Below are positions 37,381 through 45,315 of a DNA stretch of 64,000 bases, piece after piece. Numbering within the stretch: the first letter of the stretch is position 1; every line of letters begins with the position of its first letter. The translations under genes and the position numbers were made by a program. Under the pieces are notes generated by a model. It was not told the origin of the DNA. It saw only the letters and a program-made list of their open reading frames with translations, and ran no database searches. The stretch is from a virus: the IMG/VR virus record IMGVR_UViG_3300031576_000028, positions 14,896 to 78,895 of that record. The stretch is one strand, 5' to 3'.

Positions 37381-37542
37381 ATCGTGGTAAGTGCCGCGGC
37401 TGCGGTTGCGGGCCACTGACCCTGCTCGGGCGGTGGGCCTGCTCGGCGAGGTTGTGCTCGCGGAACCTCCGGAGCCTCTTGCCGCACGCGGCGCAGGCCG
37501 AGACATCGCTGGCGATCACATACTGGCTCTTCTTGAGCACCT

Positions 37543-37701
37543 TCACTTGGCCCGGCTCCCTCGAACGTCCTTCGTGTGGAGCGCCGGTCGTCGCAGGATG
37601 CTGGACGAAGCCGTGAAGTTGATGTCCTTGGTCGCGGCGACCTTACGCTTGGTCGTCTTTCCCGCTCGCGATACTTGATTCTCGATCTTGATCTTCTGCA
37701 T
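37543..37701 (-). CDS. small basic protein (52 aa)
   Basis: Manual translation MQKIKIENQVSRAGKTTKRKV...; GTGA-coupled to a CxxC mini-ORF at 37373-37546. Confidence 0.45.
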   Translation of the reverse strand: MQKIKIENQVSRAGKTTKRKVAATKDINFTASSSILRRPALHTKDVRGSRAK

Positions 37702-37702
37702 G

Positions 37703-37734
37703 CCCCGGGCCTTGCCGATCCTGCCAGGCGTTCC
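37703..37734. repeat. imperfect 32-bp direct repeat, copy 2
   Basis: ccccgggccttgccgatcctgccaggcgttcc. Confidence 0.7.
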
Positions 37735-37740
37735 GACGAC

Positions 37741-38478
37741 CTACTCGGCGTCGCCCCTCTTCAGACCGCCGTCCAGGACGATGAGGCCGCGGGCCGCGGC
37801 GCGCTGCAGGACCGCGTCCTGGTAGCCGGCCAGCCTGACGAGCTCGCCGAGCGGCATGCCGTCCAGCTCGGTCTCCACGCCGATGATGGTCGTGGGGTCG
37901 CCGTGGTACAGGCGCTCCATCTCCATCGCCATCTGCCCGGCGGCCGCGATCTCGCGGAGCATGGAGCTGAAGCGGCGGCCGATCGCGGAGAGCTGGTTCA
38001 GCTCCTTGGCGGTCAGCGGGCCGCCCTGCGCGATGTTGATCAGCTCGTCGCCGACCCGCCGCATGCTCGCCTTGAGGCCCTCGGTCGCCCCGGTCGCCGC
38101 GGCCATCGCGCGGATGGCGGCCTGCCGGCTGAGGACGATCAGCGCGGCCTCCTCCTTGCGGGCGCTGAGGGCCGCCTGGCGGACGGCCTCGCGATCGCGC
38201 TCGGCCTCGGTCAGCTGGATGTCTTCCATGAGGGAGGCGCGCTCCTCCTCCAGGGCGTGGCGACCGCGGGCGAGCTCGACGTCCTCCGTGATCAGGACCC
38301 GTATGGGCTTGGAACCCCAGGGCCTGTCGGTGTAGCCTTTGTCCCAGGCGTGCTTGGCGGTCTTGCGTTGGACCATGGCGTGGCGGCTCGCGGCCGAGTG
38401 GTTGCCCGGGTCCGCGCGGTAGGCCTCGAGGAGCTTGTCCCACGTGGGCTGGTCGACGCGTCCCCTGGAGGTGCCCAT
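37741..38478 (-). CDS. putative terminase small subunit
   Basis: N-terminal HTH-like segment and long helices; first gene of the leftward late block; no other TerS candidate next to TerL. Confidence 0.45.
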   Translation of the reverse strand: MGTSRGRVDQPTWDKLLEAYRADPGNHSAASRHAMVQRKTAKHAWDKGYTDRPWGSKPIRVLITEDVELARGRHALEEERASLMEDIQLTEAERDREAVRQAALSARKEEAALIVLSRQAAIRAMAAATGATEGLKASMRRVGDELINIAQGGPLTAKELNQLSAIGRRFSSMLREIAAAGQMAMEMERLYHGDPTTIIGVETELDGMPLGELVRLAGYQDAVLQRAAARGLIVLDGGLKRGDAE

Positions 38479-38566
38479 GCCTGTGTACCTAGCCCTAGCA
38501 GGTGGTCAGTCGGTGGTCAACAGTTGAGGCTCGGAAGGCGCCGGCTGGTCACTAAGTCCACCGCCG

Positions 38567-38779
38567 ATGGCCGGCAAGCGCGTCCATAGGACCCACCCGG
38601 GGCTCAAGCTCGACCTGGTCAGGCGCGAGACCCGCCACCTGGACTGCGTCGACGCCTCGGAGGGCTCGAGGGCGGAGGTCGACTGCTACCAGGTGGAGAA
38701 CTTCGAGTACACGATCCTGTGCTGCCGGCGCTGCGCGATCAGGCTGGCCGTGGCGATCCTGGAGGCCGAGGTTGGCTAG
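38567..38779 (+). CDS. small Cys-containing protein
   Basis: First ORF of the + strand island. Confidence 0.6.
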   Translation: MAGKRVHRTHPGLKLDLVRRETRHLDCVDASEGSRAEVDCYQVENFEYTILCCRRCAIRLAVAILEAEVG

Positions 38780-38851
38780 CCATGGACGGGCGCCCGTCTG
38801 CCGGCGTCGCGCGGTCGAGCTCGCGCTGGCGATGCTCGAGATGGAGTTCAG

Positions 38852-39061
38852 ATGATCGGCCATCGTGTGGTCTGGGTGGTTAAGGGGAGCACGCTTGGCG
38901 GGCGGACCTACTGGGTGGCGTCGTGGGCGCCTGGCGGACCTGGGACGGAGTTCACCGGAGTGAGATCGGAGGTGGCCGAGTACCTGCGCCCCGAGGACGC
39001 CGCGGCGGCGGCCATCGACGTTGAGGAGGTGGTGGTGCAGGAGGAGATCGTACCACTGTGA
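38852..39061 (+). CDS. small protein, EDA..A..VEE family
   Basis: WVVK..TYWVA..PEDAAAAAID..VQEE. Confidence 0.65.
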   Translation: MIGHRVVWVVKGSTLGGRTYWVASWAPGGPGTEFTGVRSEVAEYLRPEDAAAAAIDVEEVVVQEEIVPL

Positions 39062-39406
39062 GCGGCGACGCCCTGGACTTCGCGTGCGGCCTGGACAGGC
39101 TGTACGAGGGCCAGTTCCCGGCCTACGGTTGGGTCGTGCGCTGCGTCGACGCGACGGGGTACGGGTGGTGGCTGGGGGTGGCGGGTCGCGGCCCGCGGCC
39201 TGGAGCTCGACTGGACCGAGTGCTGGGAGTTCGCTCCGACGAGGCACGTCATGCGCTTCCGATCTCGGGAGGACGCGGAGGCTGCGCTGGCGGGCGAGGT
39301 CAAGCGGCGGCTGGTCGACGCCGAGAGGGCGCGGGTCGAGGAGATCGGGGACGTGGAGGCCTGGAAGTCCGCCGTGCTCCTGGCCGAGGAGGACGAGCGT
39401 GGCTAG
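39058..39406 (+). pseudogene. EDA..A..VEE family gene frameshifted by a 7-bp duplication
   Basis: cgcggcc x2 at 39187-39200; removing one copy restores GVAGRGLELDW...REDAEAAL...RVEEIGDVEAWKSAVLLAEEDERG. Confidence 0.8.
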
Positions 39407-39675
39407 CGTGTTCGTGGTCGTCCACGACCCGGTACCTGGCGCGGGCCATCGGGCGGAGGGTGCCAGGTCGCCAGAAGAACTCCGGGGCGCCGCAGTGGGC
39501 CTGGGCCCCGTCCATGATCGTCATCCTGTTCCGGACGCGCGCGGCCGCCGAGGATGTCGCGGCCCAGATCTCGAGGTCGACCTACAAGAGGACCGACGGC
39601 GCGCGGGTCGAGGAGCACGACGCGGACGCGTGGGAGGCGGCGGTCCGCATCCTGCTGGTGTCGGATGGCGATTAG
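39399..39675 (+). pseudogene. EDA..A..VEE family gene frameshifted near 39430
   Basis: GAGGAGG RBS and GTG give MASVFVVVHD; YLAR...AAAEDVAA...RVEEHDADAWEAAVRILLVSDGD continues in another frame. Confidence 0.65.
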
Positions 39676-40024
39676 CAAGATCGTCTGGGTCGGCGAGGTT
39701 CGCCGGGAGTTCGTGTGGGTGCGGGACCCGGACGCCAGCGAGTACCAGCGCCCGTGCGAGGGCTGCGACGGCTACTGCGAGCTGTCGAGATCCGAGGACG
39801 AGGCGACCAGGGAGCTCGGCGAGATCTACCAGCAGCAGTACTGCTGCGGCCGCACCCTCGTCAGGCAGACGGTCAGGTGGCGCGCGTCGATCCCGTACAG
39901 GCGCGACCGCTCCTCGTCTCCGGATAGCGCCAGCTGGACCGGGGACGAGGAGGAGGAGTGCGTGACGCGGGCCTGGGCTAAGATCGCGGCGATGCGGCTT
40001 GACGACGACGAGGGCGATCCGTGA
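39665..40024 (+). CDS. Cys-containing hypothetical protein
   Basis: CEGC..C..CC; ends AWAKIAAMRLDDDEGDP. Confidence 0.65.
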   Translation: MAISKIVWVGEVRREFVWVRDPDASEYQRPCEGCDGYCELSRSEDEATRELGEIYQQQYCCGRTLVRQTVRWRASIPYRRDRSSSPDSASWTGDEEEECVTRAWAKIAAMRLDDDEGDP

Positions 40025-40296
40025 CGGTCGACGACCTGCAGGAGTGCCTGGAGGCCGCGGAGGCCTCGATCCAGTACCTGGGACCGTGGGGGCTGACGCG
40101 GGTCGGCGGCGAGACGATCACGAAGTACGTGTGCTCGATAGGCCCCTCACACGCGTCGGAGCGGTGGCGGGTCGGGGAGTGGACGATGCGCGGCAAGGGG
40201 CGCTCCCTGCGGGAGGCCCTCGAGGACGCGCTGACGCAGCTCGCGGCCTTCGCCCTGAAGCAGGACGGCGGTGCGAAGGATCCGGCGGATCAGTAA
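40021..40296 (+). CDS. hypothetical protein
   Basis: GTGA-coupled. Confidence 0.6.
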   Translation: MTVDDLQECLEAAEASIQYLGPWGLTRVGGETITKYVCSIGPSHASERWRVGEWTMRGKGRSLREALEDALTQLAAFALKQDGGAKDPADQ

Positions 40297-40306
40297 GTCC
40301 GGCGGC

Positions 40307-40810
40307 ATGACGCAAGAGGACGACGGCGCGCTGCTCGCGCTGAGCAACCTGTGGGCCACCATTGTGCGCGTGTTCGACGAGGTGCCCGCGGCCGAGCGAA
40401 TCATCTTCATGGCGCCGGACATGCAGATGACCCCGGCCAGAGACAAGATCTGGGGGTACGTCCAGACGATCGAGAAGGCGATCGGTAAGGACATCCCTAG
40501 GTGGCGAGCGTGGGCAGAGGCGGTCAGCTGCATCCTCGGTGGCTTCCGACTGAGCGCCGAGGTCGAGAAGCACCTCACCCCGGAGGCGGTCGGAGATCGC
40601 GAGCCGCAGCACGTCGAGCGCGCCAGGAGCGTCCGGCGGGAGTGGGAGCAGCTCGAGGAGACGGAGCGCGCCGCGATCGCGTTCGTGCTGGAGGTCGAGG
40701 CGGCCGGGAAGGCGGGGCCGAGGGCCACCCTGGAGAGGAGCGAGAAGTGGAGGCTCCTGCAGGCCTGCGCCGCGGCTGGTAGGCTGCGCCGCTACCAGGA
40801 GCCGGCGTGA
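40307..40810 (+). CDS. hypothetical protein
   Basis: Coding-like codon bias. Confidence 0.6.
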   Translation: MTQEDDGALLALSNLWATIVRVFDEVPAAERIIFMAPDMQMTPARDKIWGYVQTIEKAIGKDIPRWRAWAEAVSCILGGFRLSAEVEKHLTPEAVGDREPQHVERARSVRREWEQLEETERAAIAFVLEVEAAGKAGPRATLERSEKWRLLQACAAAGRLRRYQEPA

Positions 40811-41457
40811 CCTACAAGACCCCTCCCCAGACGGCCTCGTTCTCAGCCGACTACGTCGTCGAGTGGAGCGTCGAGAACGACCCGGACAGGTACAAGAGGC
40901 TGTCGACGGTCGGCGTCCCGACGCGCGACGAGGTCACCTACGACCGGCGCGGCAAGAAGAGGACGGAGAAGATCCCGACGCACGCGGTCGTCCTCGTCGC
41001 GCTGGAGGTCCCGCTCCCCGAGCTCGAGAAGGTGACCAGCCAGCTGAAGGCGAGCCGCCTCGTGAGGCCGATGGCGCCGGTGCTCCAGTTGATGATCGAG
41101 TCGGCGAGCGGGGCCACGGAGTGGCGCGACAGGTGCGCGAAGCTGGAGAAGGAGGTCCGTGACCTCCAGCTGCTCGCCGTCTCCAAGGCCTGCATGATCG
41201 ACGCGCACGAGGTCGGCATCGCCAGGGCGTGCGACCTGACCGACGACGAACACCTGTGGAGCCGGTGCGGGGTGTCGGTGTCGAACCCCGGAGCGAAGCT
41301 GCTCGGCATCAGAAACCAGGAGGAGACCAAGAAGGAGATCAACCTGATCACCGTCGGGTCGTGCAACTACATTAAGCAGGTGAGGACGGCGCTGGACGAG
41401 AAGCGGGCCGACGTCGCCGCGCGCCTGCTGGCGGCCCTGCCCGAGGGCGACTTCTAG
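40807..41457 (+). CDS. hypothetical protein
   Basis: GTGA-coupled; its stop overlaps the queE stop in a shared CTAG. Confidence 0.65.
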   Translation: MTYKTPPQTASFSADYVVEWSVENDPDRYKRLSTVGVPTRDEVTYDRRGKKRTEKIPTHAVVLVALEVPLPELEKVTSQLKASRLVRPMAPVLQLMIESASGATEWRDRCAKLEKEVRDLQLLAVSKACMIDAHEVGIARACDLTDDEHLWSRCGVSVSNPGAKLLGIRNQEETKKEINLITVGSCNYIKQVRTALDEKRADVAARLLAALPEGDF

Positions 41458-42218
41458 CGGACCCCGATGTACTTGTGCTGCTGGAGCGACAGGCGCCAGC
41501 GCGGGTTCCGCCTGACGAAGTCGACGCACAGGTTGACGTTGGCCGAGTAGATCTGACCAGCGACGCCGGAGCCAAGCGAGTGGTTCTTGATCGACCTGCC
41601 GTGCGTCAGCGCGGTGAGCTCGACGGTGGTCGGGTCGGTCACGTCCTGCGGCTGGACGAACAGATGCCCCCAGTCGCCCTGGTCGGCGAGGCCGAGAAGC
41701 TCCCCGTCCGACCACTGGTGCTCGGGCGGGGCGGCCGGGACGCCTCCCGGGAGGACGACCTTCAACTCCTCAGCCCGCCACACCACGAGCGTCGAGCCGC
41801 GCTTGGGGGAGACGCAGACGTGGTCGATGATGTCGAGCGCCTCGCACTGGTTGGTCCCGTTGGTCTCGATCGAGGTGAACCACCCCTCGTGCTTCAGCGC
41901 CTTCGCCAGCGCGAGGTCCAGCTGGAGCGTCGGCTCGCCGCCGGAGATCACGACCATGCGGCCGAGGTCTCCGGCCCCGCCCTGCTGCCAGTTGGCCTCG
42001 AGGCGCGTGAGGACCTCGGCCAGATCCTGCGAGTCGCCTTTGGCGAAGTTCGTGTCGCACCACATGGCGCAGGCCCCAGAGCCCTTGGCTCGGTCCTCTG
42101 GGCGCCCGTTCCACTGATTGCACCCCGACAGGCGCAGGAAGACGCAGGCGCGCCCGGCCAAGAGGCCCTCGCCCTGCAGCGTCGGGAAGATCTCGACCAC
42201 TCCGTACTTGCTAGACAT
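41454..42218 (-). CDS. queE: 7-carboxy-7-deazaguanine synthase (radical SAM)
   Basis: EIFPTLQGEG, FLRLSGCN..C..WCDT, VISGGEP, IETNG, VSPK, WRLSLQQHKYIG. Confidence 0.95.
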   Translation of the reverse strand: MSSKYGVVEIFPTLQGEGLLAGRACVFLRLSGCNQWNGRPEDRAKGSGACAMWCDTNFAKGDSQDLAEVLTRLEANWQQGGAGDLGRMVVISGGEPTLQLDLALAKALKHEGWFTSIETNGTNQCEALDIIDHVCVSPKRGSTLVVWRAEELKVVLPGGVPAAPPEHQWSDGELLGLADQGDWGHLFVQPQDVTDPTTVELTALTHGRSIKNHSLGSGVAGQIYSANVNLCVDFVRRNPRWRLSLQQHKYIGVR

Positions 42219-42711
42219 CGCGCCAGGTCCTTCCGTAGATCGCCGAGGCCATCGAGGTCTGGGAGACCCCGTACTTCTCGGCGAGGGTCTTGATCGACCA
42301 GCCGAGGGCCTTGAGGTTGTAGAGCATGCGGGCCTCGCGCACGGTCTCAATAGTTAGCTTGGACGCGTGGTGCCGCTCACCCCTGACGGGGTTGCTCCTC
42401 CGGCGGCCGCGGGCGTCCATGTCCGCGGTGTTCTCCTTGTGAGTGCCGATCACGAGGTGCCGCGGGTTCACGCAGGCGGGGACGTCGCACGTGTGGCGCA
42501 CGACGAAGCCGCGCTGCCGGATGCCGGCGTGGGCGAGCTCCCAGGCGAAGCAGTGGGCGCCGACGAGCACGCCGCCGCCGCGGTTGAAGATCCCGTAGGT
42601 CGGCTCGCCGTCCTCGGTGGCGAGCGCCCCTGTCCAGATCCAGCACCCCGAGGGGTCCCTGCGGACGTGGCGCCAGAAGCGCCTCGCCGGGTCCTCAGCG
42701 CGCCGGGCCAA
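42211..42711 (-). CDS. HNH homing endonuclease
   Basis: CWIWTG...AH..AWEL...VRHTCDVPACVNPRHL..GT..EN..D. Confidence 0.92.
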   Translation of the reverse strand: MARRAEDPARRFWRHVRRDPSGCWIWTGALATEDGEPTYGIFNRGGGVLVGAHCFAWELAHAGIRQRGFVVRHTCDVPACVNPRHLVIGTHKENTADMDARGRRRSNPVRGERHHASKLTIETVREARMLYNLKALGWSIKTLAEKYGVSQTSMASAIYGRTWRDV

Positions 42712-42714
42712 GCC

Positions 42715-43128
42715 TCACCGAGCCTTCGCCCTGCAGTTCAGCGTCTCCCACAGGACCACCTCCACGACCGTGATCCCGTAGTCGGACATCAGGTCGCGAG
42801 CCTTCGCGAGGAAGCGCATGGCGATGTTCTCGGCCGTGGGCGGCGCGGGGAGGGCCTCGCACTTCTGCCCGTCGCGGAGCAAGAAGGTGCCGAGCGGGTC
42901 GCCCTCCTGATAGAGGAAGCCGTGGTCCCAGTGCGCGTCGAGCCAGCCGCCGAGGACCTGCTTGACGACCGAGAAGTCGATCACGCGGCCGAGGTGATCG
43001 AGATCGACCGCCGAGCACTCGACCTCAAAGACGTAGCGGTGGCCGTGCGCGTTCCGGCATTTGCCCTCGTGACCCATCAGCCTGTGGCCGGCGTCGATCT
43101 CGAGGCGCTGGACGATGTTCGCGCTCAC
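42715..43128 (-). CDS. queD: 6-carboxy-5,6,7,8-tetrahydropterin synthase
   Basis: AGHRL..HEGKCRNAHGHRY (CxxxHGH), IDF, WDH, PTAENIA, WET. Confidence 0.95.
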   Translation of the reverse strand: MSANIVQRLEIDAGHRLMGHEGKCRNAHGHRYVFEVECSAVDLDHLGRVIDFSVVKQVLGGWLDAHWDHGFLYQEGDPLGTFLLRDGQKCEALPAPPTAENIAMRFLAKARDLMSDYGITVVEVVLWETLNCRAKAR

Positions 43129-43916
43129 GACTGCACAGCCTTCTTGGCGCGCCTGGGGGCCGGCGCCGGGACCGCCGCGGCCTTGGCCGCCACCTGCGCG
43201 TCGACCTGAGCCGCCGTCGCCTGGAGTCGCTCGACCCAGTCCCGGAGGACGGTCTCGGGGTTGCTGCTCCCCACCGCGGCCGCGCTGCGGTTGAACTCGG
43301 TCATCAGCTCGTCGTGGAGCCTGACGGGGATCGACCCCTTCGAGGTGCCGAGCTGGAAGCGGCGCTCGCCGCCGATGTTAGCGGGCTCCTGCGGGCGGGC
43401 CGGCGTGTCGGGGAGCGTCGCCTCGACCGCGCCCCAGTCGAACTGGGTGGTCGACTTGACGAGGCTGTCGAGCTCGACGGCGGTCATCGGCAGCTCCTTG
43501 GCGAGGTCCTCGATCGAGGTCGAGTCGCTGAGGTCCTTGATGAGGGCCGCGAGGAGGACGGGCTCCGGGGCGCCGCGCAGCTCGTTGGCGATGATCGTCA
43601 GCTTCTTGGCCTTGGCGTCGTCCATGACGCCGAGGTTGATGGCGGGCACCTCCGTCATGCCCTCGGCGGTCGCCGCCTTCCACCTGTGCTCCCCGTCGAT
43701 GATCTCGTAGAGGTAGAGGTTGCTAGGGTCGTTCACGATCACCCGAACCTTGATGGGCTCCACGAACCCGTAGGTGCGGATCGAGAGGCGCTCCTTCTCG
43801 AACATCGCCTCGGACATTTTATTGGGGTTCCATGGATTTTTTCTGCATCGGCTGAGATCGACCATCTCGGCCTTGAGACCCTTGCCCCAGCTCAGCGTCT
43901 GCTTCTTCTCGCTCAT
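43125..43916 (-). CDS. ParB/Srx-like N-terminal domain protein
   Basis: NPWNPN..SIRTYGFVEPI...IIDGEHRWKAA. Confidence 0.9.
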   Translation of the reverse strand: MSEKKQTLSWGKGLKAEMVDLSRCRKNPWNPNKMSEAMFEKERLSIRTYGFVEPIKVRVIVNDPSNLYLYEIIDGEHRWKAATAEGMTEVPAINLGVMDDAKAKKLTIIANELRGAPEPVLLAALIKDLSDSTSIEDLAKELPMTAVELDSLVKSTTQFDWGAVEATLPDTPARPQEPANIGGERRFQLGTSKGSIPVRLHDELMTEFNRSAAAVGSSNPETVLRDWVERLQATAAQVDAQVAAKAAAVPAPAPRRAKKAVQS

Positions 43917-44842
43917 CTTGGCATCCTCGGGTTGGCTATCGCGGCGTCCCAGTCTACACCGCGGGCGCGCCAGATGTCAGTCACGTGCCTCTCGGCCTCG
44001 ATCCAGGCCCTGGCAGAGGCTACCAGGCAGTCAACGCGCAGGCGGGACGTGGTCCCATTGCGAGGCATGATCCCGTACCACGACGGGCGCAGCATGGACT
44101 CACCGAGGCCCTCGCCCTGGTGGCGGATGTTCACGACGCCGCCCGCGCGGGTACTCATGACGTAGCTGCCCTGGGAGGTCGGCGTGATCCACGAGCTCGA
44201 GTCCACGGAGTAGAACGGCCACTTCTGGATCGCCTCCTGCGAGGTCATCCGGAACGCGTGCACGCGCACGCCTCGGGCGTAGGCCTCCTTGAGGAAGCGG
44301 GTATAGTCGAGCGGGTCGCGGTTGAGCTGGTTGCCCTCGATCGCCACGTAGTTGGAGCGCCCGGGCCTGCGGCACTCCTCCAGCAGCTCGATCCAGTACG
44401 CCCAGTCCTGGTCGCTGTGCCAGACGTTGACGAGGCCGGCGCCGAGGCCGGCCCCGATGATCTTGTCGCGCTGCCTGTGCACCCAGTCGTAGGACGCCAT
44501 CATCGCGATGTCGAGTTCGATCCACAGGTCGGCGAGGCCGGCCGTGCGGAGCCACCTGAGCCACTCGATGTAGCGCGCGAGGAACGCGTCGTAGTCGACG
44601 TCCTCGGCGTTGGCGCTGCCCGACGTCGACACGAGGTCGCTGACGCTCGTGCGCAGCGTGAAGGCCCCCGAGTCGATCAGCCTCAGGCCGGCCTGACGCA
44701 GGCACTGGAGCCACACGTCGCGGTAAGTCTTGCGGAGGTACCCCGCGTAGAAGAAGGACGTGAGGACGTGCTGGGCCCCGGCGTGGACCGCGGCACTCGC
44801 GTGCTCCCGAGAAGACTCGATGGCTGCGAGGAAGATCTTCAT
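43913..44842 (-). CDS. dpdA: DNA 7-deazaguanine transglycosylase (TGT fold)
   Basis: IDSGAFT, IELD, VWH, YVAIEG, VHAF, PFYSVDSSSW motifs; ATGA-coupled start at 44842; adjacent to queD/queE. Confidence 0.85.
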   Translation of the reverse strand: MKIFLAAIESSREHASAAVHAGAQHVLTSFFYAGYLRKTYRDVWLQCLRQAGLRLIDSGAFTLRTSVSDLVSTSGSANAEDVDYDAFLARYIEWLRWLRTAGLADLWIELDIAMMASYDWVHRQRDKIIGAGLGAGLVNVWHSDQDWAYWIELLEECRRPGRSNYVAIEGNQLNRDPLDYTRFLKEAYARGVRVHAFRMTSQEAIQKWPFYSVDSSSWITPTSQGSYVMSTRAGGVVNIRHQGEGLGESMLRPSWYGIMPRNGTTSRLRVDCLVASARAWIEAERHVTDIWRARGVDWDAAIANPRMPR

Positions 44843-45315
44843 CGGCCGCGGTCCATCTTGTAGTCGGGCGGAGTCGATCGTACGCCGTCGCGGACAGCCC
44901 AGGTGACCAGCGAGTACGGCACACCAACCGTGACCTGGTCGTTGGCGCGCAGCTTCTCCATCCACGGAGCGCGCATGTTGGCTCGCACCATCAAGGTGGC
45001 TCGCCAGAGGATCGGCCACGTGAGGCGGTCATCGACGTCGTCCTCGTTGACCGCGATCGTCAGGTGCCCCTTGGTGCGCGGAAGGACGTGCTGCTGGACC
45101 CAGGCCCAGTCGGTGAAGTTCTCAGTTAGGAACACGTGTCGGACGCGACTCGTGGACAGGCGCCGCTGCAGCTCCGCGAGGTCGCCTGGGTCCTGCGGCA
45201 CCGAGTCGATGAACGCGGTCGGCACTCGGTGCCGGGCCAGCGCGCCCTCGACCTCTAGGCCGTACCAGATCGCCGTTCGACCGACGCCGACGTCCGGACC
45301 AGCTGGGTGGGTCAC
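44839..45315 (-). CDS. hypothetical protein of the modification operon (WYGLEVEG motif)
   Basis: Coupled on both sides to the glycosyltransferase and dpdA. Confidence 0.75.
   Translation of the reverse strand: MTHPAGPDVGVGRTAIWYGLEVEGALARHRVPTAFIDSVPQDPGDLAELQRRLSTSRVRHVFLTENFTDWAWVQQHVLPRTKGHLTIAVNEDDVDDRLTWPILWRATLMVRANMRAPWMEKLRANDQVTVGVPYSLVTWAVRDGVRSTPPDYKMDRGR

Noticed and set aside
36855-37734. CRISPR mini-array or other guide-RNA array around the 32-bp match
   Set aside because: No regularly spaced repeats flank the match, and no cas-like gene was recognised.
43125-43916. Plasmid-prophage partition system
   Set aside because: No ParA or parS array nearby; ParB-like domains commonly occur within phage DNA-modification operons.
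43913-44842. tRNA-guanine transglycosylase for queuosine (host-type tgt)
   Set aside because: It lacks the C-terminal CxCxxC Zn site of bacterial TGT; the phage context with ParB-like and que genes fits DNA-acting DpdA.
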